From contig CAJTQP010000002.1 in assembly GCA_910578575.1 (NCBI GenBank), forward strand, positions 11,245 through 75,244: a stretch of 64,000 bases of DNA. Reading direction: 5' to 3'. The stretch's first letter is position 1. Each line of letters starts with the position of its first letter. This stretch comes from an uncultured Oscillospiraceae bacterium (lineage in GTDB: Bacteria; Bacillota; Clostridia; Oscillospirales; Oscillospiraceae). The notes below the pieces were generated by a model. The model was not told where the DNA came from, ran no database searches, and worked only from the letters and a program-made list of their open reading frames with translations. Both the position numbers and the translations under genes were made by a program. Positions 40,964 through 51,377 of this stretch are shown here, piece after piece.

Positions 40964-42069
40964 GCCTCTTCCCCTCCTCTCAGGTCCATGGTTTCCCTGG
41001 CCCGGACCCCTGTGGGGTCCCGCCGGACCAGCACTTGCTTCCCGGCGGCGGTCTGCTCCGCCAGGGTCCGGGTGAGGGCCGTCAGGTCGGTGGCGTCGTC
41101 GTAGCGCAGGAGCAGGTCCACGTCGAAGTCCGTCTGAACCGGGTCCAAGCGCTCCAGCTCGTTGAGGTAGAGGGCAAAGCCCATGGCCCCGCAGTGCTTG
41201 CCCATGCGCTCCATCAGCTTGTCATACTGCCCCCCAGAGAGCACCCCACGGGGCAGGCCCTTCAAAAAGCCCCGGAAGACGATGCCGCTGTAGTAGTCCA
41301 TATCCCCCTCCACGGAGAAGTCCAAAAAGACCTTATCTCCCAGGCCGTTGGCCTTCAGCAGGGCCTGGATGCTGCTGAGCTCCTCCCAGGCCTCCCTGGT
41401 CTTTTTGCCCCCCACGCACAGGGGGGCCAGATCCTGCAGGGCCTGTTCCATGGGGCCGTAGGTGGTGATGAGTTTTTCCAACAAGGCGGACACGGTGCCG
41501 CTGCGGCCTGTCTCCTGGCAGTAGCGCCCCAGCTCCGTGCGGTTCTTCTCCCGCACCGCCTCCATCACACGGGGCAGGTCCTTGTCCGGGATCCCGGCGG
41601 CCTCCAAAAAGCCCCCCACCAGCCCCGCGTGGGACAGGTCCAAGATGTAGTCCTGGCGGATGGACGCCAAGCTCTCCACCGCCAGGGCGATGACCTCATA
41701 GATGTGGTACAGGTCCAGTTGGCCGATGCACTCCAGGCCCGTCTGCATGATCTCCTGAAAGCCCTCGTCCCCCTTGCCCCAGCGGTAGACGGTCTCATTG
41801 TAGTAGACCTTCCGGGGGCCCGGCGCCTGCTCCCGCGTGCTCTTGATGATGGAGAGGGTCACGTCAGGCTTCAAGGCCATGAGCACTCCCCGCTGGTCGG
41901 TGAAGGTGATCATCCGCTCGCTGACCAGAAAATCCTTGCTGCGGCCGTAGAGGTCGTATTCCTCAAACTTACTCATCTTAAAGGGGCTGTAGCCCCGGCG
42001 CTCATAGAGCTGCCGCAGGCGGTAGATGGTCTGCTCCTCCCGGCGCAGGATGCGTGTGTCCAGTTCCAT
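40960..42069 (-). CDS. hisZ: ATP phosphoribosyltransferase regulatory subunit
   Basis: ALKPDVTLSI, QTGLECIG, YYSGIVF, SGGQYD; first gene of his operon. Confidence 0.93.
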   Translation of the reverse strand: MELDTRILRREEQTIYRLRQLYERRGYSPFKMSKFEEYDLYGRSKDFLVSERMITFTDQRGVLMALKPDVTLSIIKSTREQAPGPRKVYYNETVYRWGKGDEGFQEIMQTGLECIGQLDLYHIYEVIALAVESLASIRQDYILDLSHAGLVGGFLEAAGIPDKDLPRVMEAVREKNRTELGRYCQETGRSGTVSALLEKLITTYGPMEQALQDLAPLCVGGKKTREAWEELSSIQALLKANGLGDKVFLDFSVEGDMDYYSGIVFRGFLKGLPRGVLSGGQYDKLMERMGKHCGAMGFALYLNELERLDPVQTDFDVDLLLRYDDATDLTALTRTLAEQTAAGKQVLVRRDPTGVRARETMDLRGGEEA

Positions 42070-42109
42070 CCTTCCCTCTCCTTTCCATGAAATCGTCTCA
42101 GTGTCTCAC

Positions 42110-42136
42110 AGTTTATCACACTAGCACGATAAAGTA
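42110..42136. promoter_or_regulatory. HisR (YerC/TrpR family)-like operator
   Basis: gtttatcacactagcacgataaagta resembles the CTTTA-N6-TAAAG HisR motif upstream of hisZ. Confidence 0.55.
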
Positions 42137-42277
42137 AAGGGAAAGCGCCCCCGGCCAAGGAAAATTTCCCGGCCTGGGCAGGCGGGGATTTGTGCAATAT
42201 TTCTGGCGTTTTCCCATTGACAAAACCCGTGCCTATCCGCTATCCTATATAGAGTATATCACAACTGCATACCCTGC

Positions 42278-42478
42278 GCAATGAAGGGAATATGCTGTCT
42301 CCCCCTCCACCTCAGAGAGCGGCCGTCTGGTGCAAGGCCGTATGGAGCGAGGCACGCGTCTCACCCCGGAGCGCGAACTATTTGAGTGGGCGTTGTTGGA
42401 CGCCAACAAGAGTGGTACCGCGGAAGCTATCCAGCCTTCGTCTCTTGATGTTCTTTGGAGAGACGATGGCTTTTATTG
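42278..42478 (+). promoter_or_regulatory. T-box riboswitch, Leu specifier
   Basis: AGAGAG and GGTGCAA boxes, CUC specifier 42360-42362, AGTGGTACCGCG at 42411-42422, terminator with T run. Confidence 0.88.
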
Positions 42479-42512
42479 TTTCTCCCCGCCAAAAGAAAGG
42501 ATATGGTTTCGT

Positions 42513-44219
42513 ATGAAGAATTTTGACAAGTACAGTCCCGGCTATTATCTGCCTCCGGAGCCCTGCTTTGACTGGGCCAAACAGGACCGCCTCACCGCGG
42601 CCCCCCAGTGGTGCAGCGTGGACCTGCGGGACGGCAACCAGGCCCTCATCACCCCCATGAGCTTGGAGGAAAAGCTGGAGTTTTACAAGTTCCTCCTGGA
42701 ATTGGGCTTTAAGGAGATCGAGGTGGGCTTCCCCGCCGCGTCGGAGACGGAGTACACCTTCCTGCGCACCATCATTGAGGAACACCTGATCCCCGACGAC
42801 GTGACCATCCAGGTGCTCACCCAGTCCAGGGAGCACATTATTAAAAAGACCTTCGAGTCCATCAAGGGGGCGAAAAACGTCATCGTCCACCTGTACAACT
42901 CCACCTCCTTCGCCCAGCGCCAGCAGGTGTTCCGGATGAACGAGGACGAGATCGTGGACATCGCCGTCTCCGGGGCCAAGCTCTTTGACGAGTACGCCGC
43001 CAAGATGCCCGGCACCAACTTCCGCTTTGAATACTCCCCCGAAAGCTTCACCGGCACCGAGGTGGAGTTCGCCCTGCGGATCTGCAACGCGGTGATCGAC
43101 GTGTGGAAGCCCCGCCCGGAGCGCCAGGTCATCATCAACCTGCCCTCCACGGTGGAGATGTCCATGCCCCACGTCTACGCCCAGCAGATCGAGTACATGA
43201 GCAAGCACCTCCATGACCGGGAGAACGTGATCGTCTCCATCCACCCCCACAACGACCGGGGCTGCGGGGTGGCGGCGGCGGAGCTGGCCCTGCTGGCCGG
43301 GGGGGACCGCATCGAGGGGACGCTCTTCGGCAACGGCGAGCGCACCGGCAACGTGGACATCGTCACCCTGGCCATGAACCTCTTCACCCACGGGGTGGAC
43401 CCCCAGCTGGACTTTTCAGACATGCCCCATGTGGTGGAGGTCTATGAACGGCTCACCGGCATGACCGTGGGCTACCGCCAGCCCTATTCCGGCCACCTGG
43501 TGTTCGCCGCCTTCTCCGGCTCCCATCAGGACGCCATCTCCAAGGGGATGCACTTCCGGGAGGAGAAGGGGGAGGAACGCTGGACGGTGCCTTACCTGCC
43601 CCTGGACCCCCACGACGTGAACCGGGAGTACGAGACCGATGTCATCCGCATCAACAGCCAGTCCGGCAAGGGGGGCATCTCCTATATCTTGGAGCACAAC
43701 TTTGGTTACTCCCTGCCCAAGGAGATGGCTGCCGAGGTGGGTTATTTTATCAAGGAGGTCTCCGACCACGCCCACAAGGAGCTCAGCCCGGCGGATATCC
43801 TGGTGGCCTTCCAGCATGAGTACCAGAACAAGGACATCCCCATCGCCCTGGACGATATCTCCTGGGTCCGGGAGGGGGGCAGCACGGCGGCGGATGTCAC
43901 CTTGTCCATCAACGGCGAGCACTTCTTCCTCAGCGCCAAGGGCAACGGGCCACTGGACGCGGTGAGCAATGTGTTGAAGCTGGCCAATCCCGCCATTCAG
44001 TATCAGTTTGTGGACTATGAGGAGCACGCCCTGGAGACTGACTCTGACTCCCTGGCCTCTGCCTACGTGGTCATTGCCGATGCTGACGGCAACCACTACT
44101 GGGGCGTGGGTGTGGACAGCGACATTACCATGGCCTCTGTGTACGCCCTGGTCACGGCGGTGAACCGGGAGAATAAGGTGAAGCAGTTTATTCCGGTGAC
44201 GGAGGGGAGTGACCGGTAA
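42513..44219 (+). CDS. leuA: 2-isopropylmalate synthase
   Basis: SVDLRDGNQAL, HPHNDRG, GNGERTGN, GNGPLDA. Confidence 0.96.
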   Translation: MKNFDKYSPGYYLPPEPCFDWAKQDRLTAAPQWCSVDLRDGNQALITPMSLEEKLEFYKFLLELGFKEIEVGFPAASETEYTFLRTIIEEHLIPDDVTIQVLTQSREHIIKKTFESIKGAKNVIVHLYNSTSFAQRQQVFRMNEDEIVDIAVSGAKLFDEYAAKMPGTNFRFEYSPESFTGTEVEFALRICNAVIDVWKPRPERQVIINLPSTVEMSMPHVYAQQIEYMSKHLHDRENVIVSIHPHNDRGCGVAAAELALLAGGDRIEGTLFGNGERTGNVDIVTLAMNLFTHGVDPQLDFSDMPHVVEVYERLTGMTVGYRQPYSGHLVFAAFSGSHQDAISKGMHFREEKGEERWTVPYLPLDPHDVNREYETDVIRINSQSGKGGISYILEHNFGYSLPKEMAAEVGYFIKEVSDHAHKELSPADILVAFQHEYQNKDIPIALDDISWVREGGSTAADVTLSINGEHFFLSAKGNGPLDAVSNVLKLANPAIQYQFVDYEEHALETDSDSLASAYVVIADADGNHYWGVGVDSDITMASVYALVTAVNRENKVKQFIPVTEGSDR

Positions 44220-44298
44220 GGGGCCAAGATAGACGGTGGGACACCTGCGCCCCACCGCAACGTGGGCGGGTTAACCACGTAACGTGGGTTGGAAACCG

Positions 44299-44451
44299 CG
44301 GGACGCCGAGGGCGGCGTCCCCTACAAGGACACGCCGGTGTTCTCACCACCCGTAGGTTCACAATGGACGTGGTTGGGAGCTTCCCTGTGAACCCCACTT
44401 GTCTTGTGGGCTCCTGCGTTGGATGTAGGGGCCGCCCCCCTGGGCGGCCCG
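44299..44451 (+). repeat. GTAG-type REP doublet, copy B (between leuA and leuC)
   Basis: Same ends and core gttcacaatggacgtggttggg...tgtgaac. Confidence 0.85.
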
Positions 44452-44555
44452 CGTTTCCCCACAATGTCCCTTGAAAACCACGGGGCCGGCCCCCATTGAC
44501 CCCATCCATTCCATATCTTATAATAAAGCTGAATTGAAAGAAGGAGGCGTTCCCT

Positions 44556-45815
44556 ATGGGAATGACAATGACGCAAAAGATCCTCGCCGCCCACGCTGGG
44601 CTCCCTGCGGTCAAGGCCGGTCAGCTCATCCGGGCCAAGCTGGACATCGTCTTGGGCAACGACATCACCTCCCCGGTGGCCATCCGGGAGTTTGAGAAGG
44701 AGGGCTTCACCGGCGTCTTTGACAAGAGCCGGGTGGCCATGGTCATGGACCACTTCACCCCCAACAAGGACATCAAAGCCGCCGAGCAGTGCCTGCAATG
44801 CCGTACCTTTGCCAAGCGCTTCGACCTGGACAACTTCTACGACGTGGGCCAGATGGGCGTGGAACACGCCCTGCTCCCGGAAAAGGGCCTGGTTGGGGCC
44901 GGGGACTGCATCATCGGCGCGGACTCCCACACCTGCACCTATGGCGCTCTGGGTGCCTTCTCCACTGGCGTGGGCTCCACGGACATGGCCGCAGGTATGG
45001 CCACTGGGGAGACCTGGTTTAAGGTCCCGGAGGCCATCAAGGTACATTTGACGGGCAAATTGCAGCCCCTGGTCAGCGGTAAGGACGTGATCCTCCACTT
45101 GATCGGCATGATCGGCGTGGATGGTGCCCTGTACCAGAGCCTGGAGTACTGCGGGGAAGGGGTGGCGGCCCTGTCCATGGACGACCGGCTGTGCATCGCC
45201 AATATGTCCATTGAGGCGGGGGCCAAGAACGGCATCTTCCCGGTGGACGACATCACCAAGGCCTACCTGGACGGCCGCACCCAGCGGCCCTACACCGTCT
45301 ATGAAGCCGACCCCGACGCGGACTATGTCCGCACCATCGAGATCGACCTGAGCAGCATCGAGCCCACGGTCTCCTTCCCCCATCTGCCGGAAAATGCCAA
45401 GCCTATCTCCCAGGTGGAGGACATCCGCATCGACCAGGTGATCATCGGCTCCTGCACCAATGGACGGCTGGAAGATATGGAGGTGGCTGCCAAGCTGCTG
45501 GAGGGCAAGAAGGTGGCTTCCCATGTACGCTGCATCGTCATGCCCGCCACCCAGGAGATTTTCAAGACCTGCTCGGAGCGGGGCTACCTGAGCACCTTCA
45601 TCGACGCGGGCTGCGCCGTCTCCACCCCCACCTGCGGCCCCTGCCTGGGCGGGCACATGGGGGTCATGGCCAACGGCGAGCGCTGCGTGGCCACCACCAA
45701 CCGGAACTTCGTGGGCCGCATGGGCGGCATCACGTCTGAAATCTACCTGGCCAGCCCTGCGGTGGCCGCCGCCTCCGCCATTGCCGGGAAGATCGCTGAC
45801 CCCCGTGGTCTGTAA
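44556..45815 (+). CDS. leuC: 3-isopropylmalate dehydratase large subunit
   Basis: [31 protein letters not shown]. Confidence 0.96.
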   Translation: MGMTMTQKILAAHAGLPAVKAGQLIRAKLDIVLGNDITSPVAIREFEKEGFTGVFDKSRVAMVMDHFTPNKDIKAAEQCLQCRTFAKRFDLDNFYDVGQMGVEHALLPEKGLVGAGDCIIGADSHTCTYGALGAFSTGVGSTDMAAGMATGETWFKVPEAIKVHLTGKLQPLVSGKDVILHLIGMIGVDGALYQSLEYCGEGVAALSMDDRLCIANMSIEAGAKNGIFPVDDITKAYLDGRTQRPYTVYEADPDADYVRTIEIDLSSIEPTVSFPHLPENAKPISQVEDIRIDQVIIGSCTNGRLEDMEVAAKLLEGKKVASHVRCIVMPATQEIFKTCSERGYLSTFIDAGCAVSTPTCGPCLGGHMGVMANGERCVATTNRNFVGRMGGITSEIYLASPAVAAASAIAGKIADPRGL

Positions 45816-45836
45816 GGAAAGGAGCTGCACACAGAT

Positions 45837-46328
45837 ATGAATGCAAAAGGACTGGTCCATAAGTACGGGGACAACGTGGACACCGACGTCATCATCCCCG
45901 CCCGTTACCTGAACATTGCCGACAAGAAAGAGCTTGCCACCCACTGCATGGAGGACATCGACACCAACTTCGTCAAGGTCGTCAACCAGGGCGACGTGAT
46001 GGTGGGGGGGCTGAACTTCGGCTGCGGCTCCTCCCGTGAGCACGCCCCCATGGTCATCAAGGAGAGCGGCATCTCCTGTGTGATTGCAAAAACCTTCGCC
46101 CGGATCTTCTACCGCAACGCCATCAACATCGGCCTGGCCATTTTGGAGTGCCCAGAAGCCAGCGAGGGCATCGACGCCGGGGACGAGGTGGCGGTGGACT
46201 TCGACACCGGGGTCATCACCAACCTGACCAAGAACGAGACCTACCAGGCCAGCCCCTTCCCGGAGTTCATCAAAGAGATCATCCAGGCCGGGGGCCTCAT
46301 GGCCTCCATTAAGAAGGGGGGCAACTGA
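45837..46328 (+). CDS. leuD: 3-isopropylmalate dehydratase small subunit
   Basis: [28 protein letters not shown]. Confidence 0.96.
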   Translation: MNAKGLVHKYGDNVDTDVIIPARYLNIADKKELATHCMEDIDTNFVKVVNQGDVMVGGLNFGCGSSREHAPMVIKESGISCVIAKTFARIFYRNAINIGLAILECPEASEGIDAGDEVAVDFDTGVITNLTKNETYQASPFPEFIKEIIQAGGLMASIKKGGN

Positions 46329-46331
46329 GCC

Positions 46332-47402
46332 ATGGAAGCAAAACTCGCCGTCATCCGGGGCGACGGCATCGGCCCCGACATCGTAGAACAGGCCCTGCTG
46401 GTGCTCCATAAGATCGAGGAGAAGTTTGGCCACAAGTTCCACTGCCAGGACGTGCTGGCGGGGGGCTGCGCCATCGACGCTGTGGGCAACTGCCTGCCCC
46501 AGGAGACCATTGACGTGTGCAAAGCCGCCGACGCGGTGCTGCTGGGGGCCGTGGGGGGACCCAAGTGGGACACCCTCCCCGGCGGGGAGCGCCCGGAACG
46601 GGCCCTGCTGGGGCTGCGCAAGGAGCTGGGGCTCTTCGCCAACCTCCGTCCCGCCATGATCTTTGAAGCCCTGGCCGGGGCCTCCCCCCTGAAGGCAGAG
46701 ATCTTGGAGGGGGGGCTGGACATCTTGGTGGTCCGGGAGCTCACCGGGGGTATTTACTTCGGGGAGCGGGGCACCAAGGACACCCCCATGGGCCCCGCCG
46801 CCTACGACGTGGAGCAGTATTCCGAGGGGGAGGTGCGCCGCATCGCCAAGGTGGCCTTTGATATGGCCCAGAAGCGCAACAAGCATGTCACCAGCGTGGA
46901 CAAGGCAAACGTGCTGGACTCCTCCCGCCTGTGGCGGCGCATTGTGGCGGAGGTGGCCAAGGACTACCCCGACGTGACCCTGGACAACCTCTACGTGGAC
47001 AACGCCGCCATGCAGCTGGTGCGCAACCCCCGTCAGTTTGACGTGATTGTCACCAGCAACATCTTTGGGGACATCCTCTCCGACGAGGCCAGCCAGATCA
47101 CCGGCTCCATCGGGATGCTCCCCTCCGCCTCCCTGGCGGTGGGCAACTTTGGGATGTACGAGCCCATCCACGGCTCCGCCCCGGACATCGCCGGCCAGGA
47201 CAAGGCCAACCCCACCGCCACCATCCTGTCTGTAGCCATGATGCTGCGCTACACCTTCGGCCTGGGGGCCGAGGCGGACGCCATTGAGAACGCTGTGAAG
47301 GCCGTTCTAGCCCAGGGCCTGCGTACCCCGGACCTGTTCACCGGGGAGGGCAAGCTGGTGGGTACCCAGGAGATGGGCGCGGCCATCGCGGCAGCGATTT
47401 GA
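46332..47402 (+). CDS. leuB: 3-isopropylmalate dehydrogenase
   Basis: [36 protein letters not shown]. Confidence 0.97.
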   Translation: MEAKLAVIRGDGIGPDIVEQALLVLHKIEEKFGHKFHCQDVLAGGCAIDAVGNCLPQETIDVCKAADAVLLGAVGGPKWDTLPGGERPERALLGLRKELGLFANLRPAMIFEALAGASPLKAEILEGGLDILVVRELTGGIYFGERGTKDTPMGPAAYDVEQYSEGEVRRIAKVAFDMAQKRNKHVTSVDKANVLDSSRLWRRIVAEVAKDYPDVTLDNLYVDNAAMQLVRNPRQFDVIVTSNIFGDILSDEASQITGSIGMLPSASLAVGNFGMYEPIHGSAPDIAGQDKANPTATILSVAMMLRYTFGLGAEADAIENAVKAVLAQGLRTPDLFTGEGKLVGTQEMGAAIAAAI

Positions 47403-47459
47403 TGCGATCAGCACAAGGTACCTCGCGGGGATCGGAGAAAAGATAAGCCTTAGCCCTAA

Positions 47460-47487
47460 AAAAGGCTCCCGCCTAGAGGGAGCCTTT
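47460..47487. terminator. Bidirectional stem-loop after leuB
   Basis: aaaggctccc...gggagccttt. Confidence 0.7.
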
Positions 47488-47504
47488 GGGGCTGCGGTTA
47501 CTGG

Positions 47505-47630
47505 TTGACAAACCTCCAAAACCGCCGTATAATAAAAACAGAAGGGCGCCGCTACTGACGGTCAGCCCCAATTTTCAATCAACAGAATTGTTGACCGCTT
47601 GGGTACCAGCCGAGCGGTCAACCTGCCTTT
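47505..47630 (+). ncRNA. Putative type I antitoxin antisense RNA with its promoter
   Basis: Perfect TTGACA-N17-TATAAT (47505-47533), no credible sense ORF, ends in hairpin gttgaccgct...agcggtcaac over the toxin stop. Confidence 0.65.
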
Positions 47631-47704
47631 ATGGCCAGCACGACCAGCGAACCCGCCAGACATGCCAGAACCCGCAGCGCAAAGAGCACTCGGTCCTTCC
47701 ACAT
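47618..47704 (-). CDS. Putative type I toxin, 28 aa MWKDRVLFALRVLACLAGSLVVLAIKAG
   Basis: GGAGGT RBS 8 nt upstream; one hydrophobic helix with charged ends. Confidence 0.7.
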   Translation of the reverse strand: MWKDRVLFALRVLACLAGSLVVLAIKAG

Positions 47705-47851
47705 CAGCTACCACCTCCCCCCTATTTTGTATTCGCCAAGGGGTATTTACGGTGGGCCAACCGCATTCTGGAACATGCGGCATTTCATACACATCCAACT
47801 GAAACCCCGCACACTGCCCACTTGGGCGGCGTGCGGGGGTTTGGTTTTATC

Positions 47852-48130
47852 CTAGTCCCTCCGTAGATCCTCCACAATCTGACGCACATGGGCCACGACC
47901 TCCTGGGGAAGCCCACTCACATCCAAGCATTCCTTGGAGTCCAATCCTAGGAGGTAATCTGTCGAGACGGAGAAAAAGCTTGCCAGCTTCATCAACATCT
48001 CAATGGATGGCTGGATATTGTCATTCTCCCAATTTGAAATACTTTGCTTTGTGACCCCCAGGCGTTTGGCAAGGTCAACCTGACTGATATTGCGTGCCTG
48101 CCGAAGGAGGCGGATCCTTTGATTCAGCAT
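47852..48130 (-). CDS. XRE family HTH regulator
   Basis: SQVDLAKRLGVTKQSISNWEN..VSTDYLLG. Confidence 0.9.
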   Translation of the reverse strand: MLNQRIRLLRQARNISQVDLAKRLGVTKQSISNWENDNIQPSIEMLMKLASFFSVSTDYLLGLDSKECLDVSGLPQEVVAHVRQIVEDLRRD

Positions 48131-48234
48131 AGTAGAAACCTCTGAAATCAATATATACAATACTATTGTATCTTTTTACTTAACTCCCTAAAAATACTAT
48201 GGTATTTTAATATTGAACTTTAGGAGGTTGATCC

Positions 48235-48582
48235 ACGATAGAACCGTTTGTTGCGCAAAGGAAACTTCAAATCATTGGAAAGCATCTGTGTGTGTTCGCG
48301 CTCTTTATCATGGATTGCCACTGGGGATGCCCTATTTATTCTCTCTTTGGCATCGTCTGCCCTGGATGTGGGCTGACTAGAGCTTGGCTTTGTTTCCTTC
48401 ATGGGGATTTTACCCGTGCGTTTGCCTACCACAGTCTGTTTCTCCCCACTCCCTTTTTTGTTTTTCTTTTTGCGCACAGAGGTACAAAGCTGATTGTCAG
48501 AAGCAAACTTCTTGATTCGCTCTTGCTAATCTATGTATTGATGTTATCTGTCTATCAATTATGGCGAGTATGCACCTCCTGA
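48235..48582 (+). CDS. DUF2752 domain membrane protein (possible ACG start)
   Basis: CPIY..GIVCPGCGLTRA motif; AGGAGG 7 nt before in-frame ACG. Confidence 0.75.
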   Translation, partial: TIEPFVAQRKLQIIGKHLCVFALFIMDCHWGCPIYSLFGIVCPGCGLTRAWLCFLHGDFTRAFAYHSLFLPTPFFVFLFAHRGTKLIVRSKLLDSLLLIYVLMLSVYQLWRVCTS

Positions 48583-48612
48583 GTTGTCTTATATAAAGGA
48601 GAACGTGTAAGT

Positions 48613-48948
48613 ATGACAAAAGATAAGGTTGATATGTACATAATGACAAACCAAAAATTCCTTCCTGCGGAAAAAACAGTTTTTCTAAAGCAGAAATTAT
48701 TAGCGGCCGATGAAGCAAAGTTTAATTTGGCCTCATCCGTTGAGCTGAAAGACCCTACCACACTCCTGCTTGTTTCCATCTTCTTAGGATCATTGGGAAT
48801 CGACCGGTTTATGTTGGGTGACATTGGCATGGGTATCCTGAAACTATTGACGCTTGGTTTGTGCGGCATTTTAACGATTATTGATTGGTTTACCGTCCAA
48901 AAAAGGGCCAGGGAACTAAACTACAGCAAGTTGATTGTTATTTTGTGA
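48613..48948 (+). CDS. TM2 domain protein
   Basis: SIFLGSLGIDRFMLG..GILKLLTLG..IIDW. Confidence 0.88.
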   Translation: MTKDKVDMYIMTNQKFLPAEKTVFLKQKLLAADEAKFNLASSVELKDPTTLLLVSIFLGSLGIDRFMLGDIGMGILKLLTLGLCGILTIIDWFTVQKRARELNYSKLIVIL

Positions 48949-49040
48949 TTTCATGCAAAACAGGTACTTTCCATCCGGAAAGTATGTTTCAGTCTGTCAA
49001 AAAGGTAGTTCGTCCTCTAAGAAAAGAAGCGGGAAACCTG

Positions 49041-49194
49041 TGGGCTGGCGAAGGCGCCGATCCTTACAAGGACACGTGAGTGGTCTCATCGCCCGTCGGT
49101 TCACAATGGACGTGGTTGGGTGCTTCCCCTGTGGCCTCCGCTTGTCTTGTGGACGCCTACGTTGGATGTAGCGGCCGGCGCCCTCGGCGGCCCG
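49041..49194 (+). repeat. GTAG-type REP doublet, copy C (degenerate ends)
   Basis: Core gttcacaatggacgtggttggg conserved; end palindromes mismatched. Confidence 0.8.
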
Positions 49195-49247
49195 CAGGGG
49201 TGTACCCACTTCTTTGACACGCTGTTTTTCCCACTGATGCAGGCAAT

Positions 49248-49544
49248 TTAAGCCTTCACCCGTTCCCGCCTAGCCACGTCGATCTCGGTCTCTTCCAAAG
49301 ATATCCCGGCGGTCCCGTTCCGCCGCGCCTCCTCACCAAGCTGGTATCGCGCCCGGACAGCCCATTGGTTTTGATCCTCCTGCACCGGCAGCGTCATCTG
49401 AAACGGGACACCGTTGACCAAAATAGAGCGTTTTAGAAACATCCGAATGGCCGTAGACAGGTCCAACCCCAACGCCTCATATACACTTGCCGCCTGATTT
49501 TTCAATTCTTCGTCCACACGGACTTGGATCAAACTGGTAGCCAT
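49248..49544 (-). CDS. Orphan RelB/DinJ family antitoxin
   Basis: IQVRVDEELK..LGLDLSTAIRMFL..GVPF; no toxin gene downstream. Confidence 0.82.
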   Translation of the reverse strand: MATSLIQVRVDEELKNQAASVYEALGLDLSTAIRMFLKRSILVNGVPFQMTLPVQEDQNQWAVRARYQLGEEARRNGTAGISLEETEIDVARRERVKA

Positions 49545-49850
49545 GACGCATCCTCCTTATCAAAATATATCATTGTACGATATTGTAATTTAATTATATT
49601 CTATTGTATGTCATCTGTCAAGAAATATATCCTCCCTTTCCCTGCCCTCCCCTCCCCCGCAAAAACTGTAGGATACCGCAAAATTTGTAGGAATTTTTCC
49701 AAAATAATTGTTGCATTCACAGGTAGGGCGTGATATACTTTCAAGTGCAAAGAGGGCAACGCAATCGAGTTGTCCTTGGCCCCACGTCTCCAGTATTTTC
49801 GCCTGAGCGAACAGGCCTAAATAAATCAACAAAAAAGGAGCAAACCCATC

Positions 49851-51200
49851 ATGAATGCTTATATCGAACGCGTGATTGAAACCGTCAAGCAGAAGCACGG
49901 CAGCGAGCCTGAGTTCGTGCAGACCGTCGAGGAAGTCCTGAGCTCTCTGAGCCCCGTCGTGGATGCCCATCCCGAATACGAGGCCGTTGACCTGCTGGGC
50001 CGCATGGTCGAGCCTGAGCGTATGTTCACCTTCCGCGTGGTCTGGACCGACGACGCCGGCAAGACCCACACCAACATCGGCTATCGCTGCCAGTTCAACG
50101 GCGCACTGGGCCCCTACAAGGGCGGCCTGCGCTTCCAGCCCAACGTGTATCCCGGCATCGTGAAGTTCCTGGGCTTTGAGCAGATCTTCAAGAACTCCCT
50201 CACCGGCCTGCCCATCGGCGGCGGCAAGGGCGGCGCTGACTTCGATCCCTCCGGCAAGTCCGACGCTGAGATCATGCGCTTCTGCCAGAGCTTCATGACC
50301 GCTCTGTATCGTTACATCGGGCCCGACGTGGACGTCCCCGCTGGCGACATGGGCGTGGGCGGCCGTGAGATCGGCTTCCTGTATGGCCAGTATCGCCGCC
50401 TGAAGGGCACCTTCGAGAACGGCGTGCTCACCGGCAAGGGCCTGTCCTATGGCGGCTCCCTGGCTCGTCCTGAGGCCACCGGCTTCGGCGCTGTCTATTA
50501 TCTGCTGGAAGTCCTCAAGCACGAGGGCGAGGACATCAAGGGCAAGACCATCGTGGCTGCCGGCTTCGGCAACGTCACCTGGGGCATCTGCAAGAAGGCC
50601 ATGCAGCTGGGCGCTAAGGTCATCACCCTGTCCGGCCCCGACGGCTACATCTACGATCCCGACGGTGTCTGCACCGAGGAGAAGGTGGAATACCTGCTGG
50701 AGATGCGTTCCTCCGGCCGCAACCAGGTCAAGGATTATGCTGACAAGTTCGGCGTCAAGTTCTTCCCCGGCGAGAAGCCCTGGGGCGTGAAGGGCGACAT
50801 CGTGATGCCCTCCGCTATGCAGAACGACGTCAACATGGAGCAGGCTAAGCGCATCGTGGAGACCGGTGCCAAGTACTACATCGAAGTGGCCAACATGCCC
50901 ACCACCAACGACGCTCTGAAGTTCCTCATGGACCAGAAGAACCTCATCGTCGCTCCCTCCAAGGCTGTTAACGCCGGCGGCGTTGGCGTTTCCGCTATGG
51001 AAATGTCCCAGAACTCCGAGCGTCTGTCCTGGACCGAGGAAGAGGTTGACTCTCAGCTGCAGCGCATGATGGAGACCATCCACAGAGTGTCCGCTGAGGC
51101 CGCTGAGAAGTATGGCCTGGGTTACAACCTGGTGGCTGGCGCCAACATCGCTGGCTTCCTGAAGGTTGCTGAGGCTATGCTGGAGCAGGGCATCTTCTAA
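49851..51200 (+). CDS. gdhA: NADP-specific glutamate dehydrogenase
   Basis: GPYKGGLRF, GGGKGG, DVPAGD, RPEATG; TTGCAT-N17-TATACT upstream. Confidence 0.96.
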   Translation: MNAYIERVIETVKQKHGSEPEFVQTVEEVLSSLSPVVDAHPEYEAVDLLGRMVEPERMFTFRVVWTDDAGKTHTNIGYRCQFNGALGPYKGGLRFQPNVYPGIVKFLGFEQIFKNSLTGLPIGGGKGGADFDPSGKSDAEIMRFCQSFMTALYRYIGPDVDVPAGDMGVGGREIGFLYGQYRRLKGTFENGVLTGKGLSYGGSLARPEATGFGAVYYLLEVLKHEGEDIKGKTIVAAGFGNVTWGICKKAMQLGAKVITLSGPDGYIYDPDGVCTEEKVEYLLEMRSSGRNQVKDYADKFGVKFFPGEKPWGVKGDIVMPSAMQNDVNMEQAKRIVETGAKYYIEVANMPTTNDALKFLMDQKNLIVAPSKAVNAGGVGVSAMEMSQNSERLSWTEEEVDSQLQRMMETIHRVSAEAAEKYGLGYNLVAGANIAGFLKVAEAMLEQGIF

Positions 51201-51233
51201 TTAGACCCCCATTCTCTGACATTCAATCACGCG

Positions 51234-51266
51234 AGGCCCGGCCATTTCGGCCGGGCCTTTTCTTTC
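51234..51266 (+). terminator. Intrinsic terminator
   Basis: aggcccggcc...ggccgggcctttt. Confidence 0.85.
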
Positions 51267-51377
51267 TTGACGAAGGGCCCGACGGATGATACAATAGAGC
51301 CGTATCAAAACGGGATCACGGACGAAAAGCCGGGGCTGCGCGGCCCTGGCTTTTCCCCTACCCCAGGGAGGGACGCC

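Noticed and set aside
44322..47171. 949-aa minus-strand ORF
   Set aside because: Antisense shadow of leuC, leuD and leuB, which share one reading frame; high-GC codon bias removes stops
49681..49710. CodY-like boxes upstream of gdhA
   Set aside because: Only about 11/15 matches in AT-rich DNA
49611..51083. 490-aa ORF antisense to gdhA
   Set aside because: Shadow ORF with no RBS or recognisable domain
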